From positions 1-37,624 of the forward strand of contig JBDRKI010000107.1 in the NCBI GenBank assembly GCA_043814095.1: a DNA stretch of 37,624 nt. Direction: 5' to 3'. Both the position numbers and the translations under genes were made by a program. This document shows positions 18,616 to 26,862 of the stretch, in pieces. A model generated the notes under the pieces. That model did not search any database. It was not told where the DNA came from and saw only the letters and a program-made list of their open reading frames with translations. The DNA is from Armatimonadota bacterium (lineage in GTDB: Bacteria > Vulcanimicrobiota > JACPDS01 > JBDRKI01). The stretch's first letter is position 1; every line of letters starts with the position of its first letter.

Positions 18616-18801
18616 TTGGAAATACGAGTTGGAGAAAATGAACCTCTGGAATCGGCTCTTAAAAGGTTCCGCAACCAGTGTCAGAAGGCTGGTGTATTGC
18701 AGGAAATAAAAAAGAGAGAACATTACGAGAAACCCAGCGAAAAAAGAAAGAAAAAAGAAGCCGCAAGAAAGAGAAAGAAAAGACAGCCCAGAGCGCGTTA
18801 A
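18616..18801 (+). CDS. rpsU: 30S ribosomal protein S21
   Basis: ESALKRF...[15 protein letters not shown] start with strong SD GGAGGGGGTG. Confidence 0.96.
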   Translation: MEIRVGENEPLESALKRFRNQCQKAGVLQEIKKREHYEKPSEKRKKKEAARKRKKRQPRAR

Positions 18802-18823
18802 TTATTAATTTTAACATGCACTT

Positions 18824-18857
18824 AACTGCCACTATAACCTAGTGGCAGTTTTAATTT
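18824..18857 (+). terminator. Intrinsic terminator-like hairpin between rpsU and yqeY
   Basis: AACTGCCACTA-TAACC-TAGTGGCAGTT followed by TTAATTT. Confidence 0.75.
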
Positions 18858-18877
18858 AAGAAAAAACCGGAGGCATT

Positions 18878-19324
18878 ATGGATATAATGGAAAGACTCAC
18901 AGAAGACATGAAAAACGCGATGCGCGCAAAAGAACAGTTAAGGCTTTCAGTCATAAGAATGCTTAAATCCTCTCTGAAAAATGCCGAGATTGAAAAAAAA
19001 GACCATAAGCTGGAAGAAGCGGATATCCTTTCCGTTCTGCAGAGAGAAGCAAAAAGACGCAAAGAAGCCTCTGAAGAGTTTAAAAAAGGAAACCGTGAAG
19101 AACTATCTCAGAAAGAGCTTGAAGAGCTTAAAATAATAGAAGAATACCTCCCGAAACAGCTCTCAAAAGAAGAAATTGAAGCAGAAGCTAAAAAAATACT
19201 GGATGAACTGCCTGAGGCCGAAAAAGCAAATTTCGGGATGGCAATGAAAAGCGTAATGGCGCAGTTTAAAGGCAAAGCTGACGGGAAGCTTGTAAGCGAA
19301 GTAATAAAAACCATCCTCGGTTAA
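18878..19324 (+). CDS. yqeY: GatB/YqeY domain protein
   Basis: DMKNAMRAKE..RLSVIRMLKS, YLPKQLS, GKADGK; conserved rpsU-yqeY adjacency. Confidence 0.92.
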   Translation: MDIMERLTEDMKNAMRAKEQLRLSVIRMLKSSLKNAEIEKKDHKLEEADILSVLQREAKRRKEASEEFKKGNREELSQKELEELKIIEEYLPKQLSKEEIEAEAKKILDELPEAEKANFGMAMKSVMAQFKGKADGKLVSEVIKTILG

Positions 19325-20988
19325 GGGATTATCTTAAAAACATAGTCCTTATCGTTATCGTCTTTAAATATAAGTTTTAAGTTTTTATTATTTAATAATC
19401 TAGTTCTTACTTTTTCTGCATAATCAGGCGGCAAACGTTTAAAGTGAAACACTATATAATCCACACCCCATCTCTTTAAAAAGTCTATACACCGCGGATC
19501 GGAAATTTTTGTATTGACAAACCTGCTTAATGAATCATACCACTGGGGATTCTGACCAGAATGGCCGTTTATTATTTTCCTGCCGTGATACATTGACATA
19601 TAAATCCAGGCCCTGTCTATCGTGTAATACATTGGCATATGAACAAGAACGGCATTATCTTCCAGGGAAGATAAACATGTTACTACTTTGGGGAGACTCC
19701 CTTTTGATTGAACCCAGTTAACCGGGAGGGGGGCTGAAAAATTCTCAAAACAAATTAAAATTATAAATATTACCGCAAACAGATTTTTATACCGGAAACC
19801 GGAAGTAAGATTATAAAAGCCGGCACCCGCAAGAGCCGCCAGGCTGAAAAACAGGAATATGCCGAAATGAGCCGGAGCCCTTATATTATTAAAGCCCGGA
19901 ATAAACTGATGCAGGTAGTAAAAAGGCAGTTTTATATACACTACTTTGCCAAAAATCTTCAAATAAGGCCCCAGCACCATAATAAAAGTTATTAAAGCAG
20001 TAATAATAAAAAACATCTTAATAAACGGGGATTGTGTTTTCGGTTTTGAAAATGCTCCCCATAAAGCCAAAAAAATCAGTATAAAACCCGGAAAAAGTGA
20101 GTGCTCCCATGGGAAATACTCACTCCCGAACCTATCATTAAAAAAAGTGTAAACTTTATTAAATTTACCGGGACATGCAAAATCTTTAATGTCCGTTGAA
20201 TAAAACACGGCAGAATCAAGACTAATCCTGTTAGTATCCTGGGTATTAATCTTCATATACTGAATAATGACCGGTGATAAAATAAAGAATAAAATAAGAA
20301 ATCCTATAATTAATCCTTTAATGTATTTCCATTTTAATATTCCAGAATTTTTAAATTTAAAAATAATTACATAAATAAATATTACAAGTGCCAGATAAAA
20401 AGCGTAATAAAATGCCGTAAAAAACTGGAAGGCGTAAAAAAGAAGCATTAAAGATAAATCTTTAATCTTCCCTTCTCTTAAATAGATATCAAGATAAAGA
20501 ACCGTCAGAGGGATAAAACCTATCCATATAAGGGAGAGGTGATTGATATGGGCAAGCGTGTAGCTTGTAAAAGTAAATGCTATGCCCGCAACTGCCGCTC
20601 CCGCTTTATCTTTCAGAAAATAATCCATCATAAAATACATGGAAAAAAACGTAAATACAAATGAGAAAAGAAGAAGCACGTTATGTGCGAAAAGCGGGTT
20701 GCCTGATAAATAGAGAAATGGCGAAGCAAAGAAAGCAAGGGTAAACATCGTATCAGAATAAGCTAATGTATTTTTTTCGGGATAAAATATGTTTGTATCA
20801 AAAATACCCAAAGGGTTAGACAAAAAAGCTTTTATATCCCAGTTTATTATCCAGCTTGTAAGAAGCTGGTCTTCGGGCAGATCAACAACGCCGTCCGGCA
20901 GATGCAGTACAAGGGGGTAAGTCATGATAACGGCAGCTACAATAATAAATAAAAACAAGAAAAGAAATAATACGCGGTTATTTTTCAT
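19321..20988 (-). CDS. Polytopic membrane protein, probable GT-C (YfhO-like) glycosyltransferase
   Basis: Many TM helices; acidic first loop (PEDQ..W..NWD), IFYPEKNTLAYSD, IPGFNNIRAP, INGHSG. Downstream of a GT2. Confidence 0.7.
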   Translation of the reverse strand: MKNNRVLFLFLFLFIIVAAVIMTYPLVLHLPDGVVDLPEDQLLTSWIINWDIKAFLSNPLGIFDTNIFYPEKNTLAYSDTMFTLAFFASPFLYLSGNPLFAHNVLLLFSFVFTFFSMYFMMDYFLKDKAGAAVAGIAFTFTSYTLAHINHLSLIWIGFIPLTVLYLDIYLREGKIKDLSLMLLFYAFQFFTAFYYAFYLALVIFIYVIIFKFKNSGILKWKYIKGLIIGFLILFFILSPVIIQYMKINTQDTNRISLDSAVFYSTDIKDFACPGKFNKVYTFFNDRFGSEYFPWEHSLFPGFILIFLALWGAFSKPKTQSPFIKMFFIITALITFIMVLGPYLKIFGKVVYIKLPFYYLHQFIPGFNNIRAPAHFGIFLFFSLAALAGAGFYNLTSGFRYKNLFAVIFIILICFENFSAPLPVNWVQSKGSLPKVVTCLSSLEDNAVLVHMPMYYTIDRAWIYMSMYHGRKIINGHSGQNPQWYDSLSRFVNTKISDPRCIDFLKRWGVDYIVFHFKRLPPDYAEKVRTRLLNNKNLKLIFKDDNDKDYVFKIIP

Positions 20989-20998
20989 TCTTTATACC

Positions 20999-21940
20999 TT
21001 AATCCTTAAAACCAACTTTCTCCCTTACAATATATAACGGCCTGCCTTTGCTTTCTTCATATATCCTGCCTATATACTCGCCTATTATTCCCAGTATAAT
21101 AAGGACTACACCGTTAAAGAATAGACTTATAGCCATTATTGAAGACCATCCGGCCACTGTATTTTTAGTGAAAAACTTTTCATAAATTACAACCAGAAGA
21201 TATATAAAGCTGGCGCTGGAAAGGAAAAATCCTATGTAAGTCGCGATCTCTAAAGGTTTGGTTGAAAACGCGGTAATACCGTCCAGGGCGAGATGAATCA
21301 TCTTTCCAAGCGGGTACTTTGTACATCCCGCGAAGCGTTTATCCCTGACATACTCAACAAAGGTTTGCCTGAAGCCGACCCAGCTTACCAGCCCCCTTAC
21401 ATACCTTCCTCTCTCGCCTATGCTTATCAGAGCCTGGCAGACTTTCCGGTCTATAAGGCGGAAATCCCCCACTTCTATGGGGATATCCACGGTTGTAAGC
21501 TTTTTAATAATCCTGTAGAACAATGAAGCTGTTATTCTTTTAAAGAAAGACTCGCCTTTTCTTCTTGTGCGCTTGCCGTAAACTACCTCATAACCTTCTT
21601 TCCATTTTTCTATCATCTCGGGGATAACTTCGGGCGGGTCCTGAAGATCTGCGTCAATAACAACCACAGCGTCTCCCGTACTCTCGGCCATACCCGCGGT
21701 TATGGCAACCTGGTGACCGAAATTTCTGGAAAAATCCATTAATTTAACATTATTATCAACCGAACACAGTTTTTTAATTAATTCAGCGCTTTTATCCTTG
21801 CTGCCGTCATTTACGAAAATAAGTTCATAGGGCTCGTTTACGGAATCCATGACCTTCTTTAATCTATCATAGGTTTTATCTATTGATTCTTCCTCATTAA
21901 AAACAGGGATAACCACGGAATATTTTGCGTTATTACTCAT
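20999..21940 (-). CDS. GT2 polyisoprenyl-phosphate glycosyltransferase (GtrB/YkoT-like)
   Basis: SVVIPVFNEE, VNDGSKD, SRNFGHQ.A, IDADLQDPPE, GDFRL; two C-terminal TM helices. ATG21940 chosen for the upstream AAGGAG. Confidence 0.92.
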   Translation of the reverse strand: MSNNAKYSVVIPVFNEEESIDKTYDRLKKVMDSVNEPYELIFVNDGSKDKSAELIKKLCSVDNNVKLMDFSRNFGHQVAITAGMAESTGDAVVVIDADLQDPPEVIPEMIEKWKEGYEVVYGKRTRRKGESFFKRITASLFYRIIKKLTTVDIPIEVGDFRLIDRKVCQALISIGERGRYVRGLVSWVGFRQTFVEYVRDKRFAGCTKYPLGKMIHLALDGITAFSTKPLEIATYIGFFLSSASFIYLLVVIYEKFFTKNTVAGWSSIMAISLFFNGVVLIILGIIGEYIGRIYEESKGRPLYIVREKVGFKD

Positions 21941-21972
21941 TCTCAAGCTCCTTTAAAGCCCTTTCAGCCGGT

Positions 21973-23772
21973 TCATATTCTGGATTTAACTCCAGTTCTT
22001 TCAAGAATTCTTTTCTTGCTTTTTTTCAGGTCTCCCTTTTTAAGGTAATACCTGCCGAGATTATAATGAACAATATCGGCAACAGGACTTATTATAACCG
22101 CTTCTTTAAAAAGCTCCACACCTTCATCTTCTTTTCCCTGCACGCATAGTACCGTACCCAGGTTAATCATGGCCCGGCTGCTTCTCGGGTAAATTCCCAG
22201 CGCTTTTTTTAATAACTTCTCTGCTGTTGCATAATCTTTCTTCCTAAAAGCATTCTCGCCGGCTACTACATATATATAATAGGATTCCGGATAAAGAATT
22301 TTAGATTCTTTTTTTAATTCACTGCTTTTTATAAATATCGCGCATAATTCATCTCTATATACCTTTTTCCAGTCAATACTTTTACTTATGTTGGATTCAA
22401 AGACGGGCGTTATTCTTTCCCTTAAATTTGTAAGCATTATAATATTTACATTATATTTATCCAGAAGAGCTTGCCAGTTCTTTTCTCCTCTAAGAATACT
22501 TATATAATCTTCGTAAACTTCCGGAGGGTAACAGCTGAACCGGCCGTCAATATATACCCTATACTGCGGATAAAGGTTAAATGTAAGATACCCCCCCCAC
22601 TCATAAGGATTAAATATGTTTGAAGAAAATTCGTTTGCCTTTAAAAAAGCCGCGCCGTCTTTAGGGAATAATTCCATCTCCTGAGAAAGATAATGAATAT
22701 TCATGCCTCTGAAAACAAAAAAAGAATAAATTATCAGAATTATAATTATTACGGCAGATGCGGGTTTTTCAATCCGTTTTAACCGGTCAAGATTGACGGA
22801 TTTGACTCTTGATATTAAATCATTTATGGAAACAGCTAAAACCGGCGCGGTAAACATGGCAAATATCGGGGTATTTCTTATCGCTAAAAGGAAAAGATAA
22901 TCTAAAGCCAGTAAGATCACAAAATCTGAAACCTTTTTCCCTCTATTAAGCAGGTAAAGTATATTTACAAAGCACAGGTAAATAAAATACTTGAGCCAGT
23001 CGCCGAAAATTTGCGGTTTTTTCCACTCCATTAAGGTAAATTCCGAAGCCCCTGACTTTAAAAGCTGAAGAACATTCCATACTTGATAACCCCAGGGGTT
23101 TACAAGAGTAATCAAAAGATTAACCGTAAAGAATATTCCTATAACGGTAAAATCAGATTTTTTATTCTTAAGCATATTAATAAATTCTTCTATAAGAAAA
23201 GCTCCCGAAAAAATAAACCCGTATATAAATCCGCCGTGGGAGTTAACCCATAAAAGCATAATACCTGAAGCGCCGAAAAGCCAGAATTTATTCTTAGACG
23301 ATTTGTAACCGTAAAGGAACAGAAGATACAATGCTCCCAAAATATATGTAAAAAGGTAAGATCTTACTCCGAAAAACTCATTGCCCCTGGCAAACAAAAC
23401 CGCAAGAAGAACGGCCAGAATAGCCGGAAAGAATGAAGCTTTTCTTATTAAGCATACTTTAAAAAGAACCAGAAATACCGCTGTTATGATAAGAATCTTA
23501 AATACATTAAGCGCGGCAAAACCGTTTATTTGATAAACGCAATAAAAAATCACTTCCGCAAGCCAGGTTTGATCAATCCACGGATAACCGGGAGCGGAAA
23601 AAGAAAAGATTTCAGTCTTTAATATCCGGTGAGCGGATAATATATATTTTCCGACAGCCAGGTACCACCATATATCACCTGAAAATATATAATAAAAACA
23701 CTGCCTTATAACAATTATCAAAAAAGCAACAAAAGACGCGATCTTTAAATAAAACCAGTTATTATTTTTCAT
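21973..23772 (-). CDS. Polytopic membrane protein (probable GT-C) with C-terminal TPRs; copy 2, frameshifted near the 3' end
   Basis: GDIWW.LA.G, LWVNSHGG, EW, FNPYEWGGYL, YIDGR and TPRs. Paralog of 23769-25613; a T7 run at 22020-22026 shifts the last helix. Confidence 0.8.
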   Translation of the reverse strand: MKNNNWFYLKIASFVAFLIIVIRQCFYYIFSGDIWWYLAVGKYILSAHRILKTEIFSFSAPGYPWIDQTWLAEVIFYCVYQINGFAALNVFKILIITAVFLVLFKVCLIRKASFFPAILAVLLAVLFARGNEFFGVRSYLFTYILGALYLLFLYGYKSSKNKFWLFGASGIMLLWVNSHGGFIYGFIFSGAFLIEEFINMLKNKKSDFTVIGIFFTVNLLITLVNPWGYQVWNVLQLLKSGASEFTLMEWKKPQIFGDWLKYFIYLCFVNILYLLNRGKKVSDFVILLALDYLFLLAIRNTPIFAMFTAPVLAVSINDLISRVKSVNLDRLKRIEKPASAVIIIILIIYSFFVFRGMNIHYLSQEMELFPKDGAAFLKANEFSSNIFNPYEWGGYLTFNLYPQYRVYIDGRFSCYPPEVYEDYISILRGEKNWQALLDKYNVNIIMLTNLRERITPVFESNISKSIDWKKVYRDELCAIFIKSSELKKESKILYPESYYIYVVAGENAFRKKDYATAEKLLKKALGIYPRSSRAMINLGTVLCVQGKEDEGVELFKEAVIISPVADIVHYNLGRYYLKKGDLKKSKKRILERTGVKSRI

Positions 23773-25613
23773 TTTACCGTCTCTAATTTCTCAAGTTCTC
23801 TTATTGCAGGCTCATAACCGGGATTTACCTTTAATTCTTTTAAGAATTCTTTTTTGGCTTTTTTCAAATCCCCGTTTTGAATGTAATATCTGCCGAGGTT
23901 GTAATGAACAATATCCGCAAGGGGTCCTATTATAACCGCTTCTTTAAAAAGCTCCACACCTTCATCTTCTTTTCCCTGCATGCATAATACAGTCCCCAGA
24001 TTAATCATGGCCCGGGTGCTGCGCGGATAAATTTCCAGCGCTTTTTTAAAGAGTTTTTCGGCTTTTTTATATTCTCCCTTCCTGAAAGCGTCTTCTCCCG
24101 CGGTAACACATATATAATAGCTTAACGGATAGCGGATCCTGGAAATTTTATTTAAAAGTTCGGTCTTTATATAAATAATACAGACTTCGTCTTCATATAT
24201 TTTTTCCCAGTTTTTACTGTTTTTTATACTATAATTAAATACCGGATTTATCCTCTCTTTTATTTTCGCAGTCATTATTATTTCCGCATTATATTCATCT
24301 AAAAGCTTCTGCCAGTCTTTTGAACATGCCGTAATATTCAGATAATCGGTATAAACTTTTATGGGATACGCGAAATTAACCCTGCCGTCAATATAAATCT
24401 TGTACTGCGGATACAGGTTAAAGGCAAGATACCCTCCCCATTCATAAGCGTTAAATATATTGGGCGGGAGCTCATTCGCCTGCAGGAACAGGACAGCTTC
24501 TTTGGGAAACATTTCCCATTCAACTGAAAGTTCGTCAAACCTTACGCCCCTGAACATAAAGAAAGAATAGATTACAAGTATAATAATGCCTGTAAGGGCC
24601 AACGGTTTTTCAAGCGCTTTTAACCGGCTTAAGTTTAATAATTTAAATCTTTCTATTAAATCCTGCATGGAAACAGCAAGTATAGGTGAAGTAAATAAAG
24701 AAAACACGGCCATATACCTTATGGAAGACAGGGAAAGATAATCAAGTATCACCAGCAAGAGAAAATCCGATATCCTTTTCTTTCTTTTAATAAAGAAAAG
24801 TATATTTACAAAGCACAGGTAAATAAAATACGCTATCTGCTCGGCAAAAATTTCGGGCGGCTGCCATTCTATTATGGTAGAAGCCGTAACCTTGTCTTTT
24901 ATAAATAAGAGGACATGCCATATCTGGTAGCCCCACGGATTAAAAAGCGTTATTAAAAGATTCACCGCGAAAAATATTCCTAAAGGCGCGAATAAAGAAT
25001 CTTTCTTCCTCAGCATATTTACAAATTCTTCTAAAACAAACACGCCGGCAAGAACAAACCCGAAGGTGAAGCTCCCGTGAAAATTAACCCATAAAAGCAT
25101 AACACCCGAAGCTATAAAAAGCCATAATACTTTTCTGGAAGACCTGTAGCCGCACAGGCATAAAAGATACAAAGTGCCGAAAATATACGTAAACAAATAC
25201 GGCCTTACGCCGAAAAACTTACTCCCTTCGGCAAATAAAGCCGCAAGAACAACCGCCAGAACAGCCGGAAAAAATAACGCTTTTCTCATAGAACAAATTT
25301 TAAAAAGAATAATAAATGCCGCTACAACAATGATAATTTTAAATACATTAAGAGCCGCCAGCCCGTTTATTTTATACACAAGATAAAATACAATCTCAGC
25401 AAGCCACTCGTGATTAAGCCAGGGAAATCCCGGGGCTGAAAAAGAAAAAACCTCTGTTTTTGATATAACATGATTTAAAACCATATATTTCCCGTCAGCC
25501 AGCTGCCACCACAAATCCCCGGGGGCAATATAATAAAGGCACTCTTTTACAACAATTACAAGAAACGCCAGAAAGGCCGTAATTTTAAGATAAATCCAGT
25601 TATTATTTTTCAT
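23769..25613 (-). CDS. Polytopic membrane protein (probable GT-C) with C-terminal TPRs; copy 1
   Basis: GDLWWQLADG, WLNHEWL, RPYLF, LWVNFHGSF, EWQP, FNAYEWGGYL, YIDGR and about three TPRs. Confidence 0.8.
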   Translation of the reverse strand: MKNNNWIYLKITAFLAFLVIVVKECLYYIAPGDLWWQLADGKYMVLNHVISKTEVFSFSAPGFPWLNHEWLAEIVFYLVYKINGLAALNVFKIIIVVAAFIILFKICSMRKALFFPAVLAVVLAALFAEGSKFFGVRPYLFTYIFGTLYLLCLCGYRSSRKVLWLFIASGVMLLWVNFHGSFTFGFVLAGVFVLEEFVNMLRKKDSLFAPLGIFFAVNLLITLFNPWGYQIWHVLLFIKDKVTASTIIEWQPPEIFAEQIAYFIYLCFVNILFFIKRKKRISDFLLLVILDYLSLSSIRYMAVFSLFTSPILAVSMQDLIERFKLLNLSRLKALEKPLALTGIIILVIYSFFMFRGVRFDELSVEWEMFPKEAVLFLQANELPPNIFNAYEWGGYLAFNLYPQYKIYIDGRVNFAYPIKVYTDYLNITACSKDWQKLLDEYNAEIIMTAKIKERINPVFNYSIKNSKNWEKIYEDEVCIIYIKTELLNKISRIRYPLSYYICVTAGEDAFRKGEYKKAEKLFKKALEIYPRSTRAMINLGTVLCMQGKEDEGVELFKEAVIIGPLADIVHYNLGRYYIQNGDLKKAKKEFLKELKVNPGYEPAIRELEKLETVK

Positions 25614-25708
25614 AATATTTCTCCGTTTTACTGTATTTTGCTATATTATGATATATATTGTATTTTATAATAATTAAATTTCTATATATCTAATAAATCA
25701 CCTGTTAA

Positions 25709-25750
25709 TATATAAAAAACAGCCTGCCAAAACAAGCTGTTTTTTATATA
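25709..25750 (-). terminator. Intrinsic terminator downstream of the FKBP gene (possibly bidirectional)
   Basis: TATATAAAAAACAGC...GCTGTTTTTTATATA inverted repeat with T tracts on both strands. Confidence 0.75.
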
Positions 25751-25788
25751 TTACTTTTATATTGAATACTTTTTAATACCTTATTCTG

Positions 25789-26238
25789 CTATTTCTTAAT
25801 TATGTTAAGCATCTCAACTTCAAAAATAAGGGTGGCATCCGGGGGTATAACTTCGCCGGCACCGCGGGATCCGTATCCTAAATCCGGAGGGATTATAAGC
25901 TTTCTTTTTCCGCCCACTTTCATCGTGGCTACGCCTTCATCCCAGCCTTTTATAACCCTGCCGGCGCCTATGTTAAAAGCAAACGGCTGATCCCTGTCAA
26001 CGGACGAATCAAATTTTGTGCCGTCAGTAAGCCAGCCCGTATAATGGACAACGACTTTATCGCCTTTTTCGGGCATCTCCCCCGTACCCTCAACTATATC
26101 TATATACTTTAAACCTGAGGGCGTTGTGACCTCTTTCTGCTCTTTATTCACTTTTGTACATCCTTCCTTCGCGAAATAAGCCGTTGCGGCAAGCGCGATT
26201 ACTATTAAAATTACTATAACCCATACTTTGCTCTTCAT
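25789..26238 (-). CDS. FKBP-type peptidyl-prolyl cis-trans isomerase with N-terminal membrane anchor
   Basis: VHYTGWL.DG.KFDSS.DR, VIKGWDEG, IPPDLGYG, LIFEVE. Confidence 0.95.
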   Translation of the reverse strand: MKSKVWVIVILIVIALAATAYFAKEGCTKVNKEQKEVTTPSGLKYIDIVEGTGEMPEKGDKVVVHYTGWLTDGTKFDSSVDRDQPFAFNIGAGRVIKGWDEGVATMKVGGKRKLIIPPDLGYGSRGAGEVIPPDATLIFEVEMLNIIKK

Positions 26239-26308
26239 AAATTTTTCTCCTTTTTTTGTTTTTATTTTTTATTCTTTGTTCTCATTCTTTATTCTTATTT
26301 TTTTCTTT

Positions 26309-26821
26309 TTAATATTGTATTAAAGAAAACACGTCATAACCTTCCAGAGCGTCTCTGCCTTTTAAGAAGGTTAACTCTACCAGGAACGCAAAACCTACAA
26401 CATTACCGCCCATCTTTTCTATCAGCTGAGCGCAGGCCCTGCTTGAACCACCGGTAGCGACAAGATCATCAACAACAAGAATGCGCTCACCGTCTTTAAG
26501 CGCGTCTTTATGTATCTCTAGGGTATTCTTGCCGTATTCAAGTTCATATTCCATGGAATGAGTATCATAAGGTAGTTTGCCGGGTTTTCTTATGGGAATA
26601 AAACCCGTACCCAGCTCATATGCCATCGCGGCGCCGAAAATATATCCCCTGGCTTCCACCGCGGCGATTGCGTCTATCTTTACGTCTTTATAATGTTCTA
26701 TAAGCCTGTTTATACTGTATTTAAAAGCTTCTTTATCCTGCAGGAGCGTCGTTATATCTTTAAAAATTATGCCTTTCTTGGGAAAATCGGGAATATCTCT
26801 TATCTTAGTTCTTAAATCCAT
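26309..26821 (-). CDS. apt: Adenine phosphoribosyltransferase
   Basis: IRDIPDFPKKGIIFKDITTLL, EARG, RKPGKLP, LEYG, VVDDLVATGG. ATG26821 follows AGGAGG; alternative start at 26866. Confidence 0.96.
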   Translation of the reverse strand: MDLRTKIRDIPDFPKKGIIFKDITTLLQDKEAFKYSINRLIEHYKDVKIDAIAAVEARGYIFGAAMAYELGTGFIPIRKPGKLPYDTHSMEYELEYGKNTLEIHKDALKDGERILVVDDLVATGGSSRACAQLIEKMGGNVVGFAFLVELTFLKGRDALEGYDVFSLIQY

Positions 26822-26862
26822 ATCCGCCTCCTTAAAACTACGGCATTTAAGTAATACTTCTT

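Noticed and set aside
18878-19324. YqeY as a replacement for the missing gatB
   Set aside because: It lacks the GatB catalytic domain, and rpsU-yqeY is a common unrelated arrangement.
26240-26308. Strongly pyrimidine-skewed low-complexity spacer
   Set aside because: No repeat unit or structure; consistent with an A-rich leader in an AT-rich genome.
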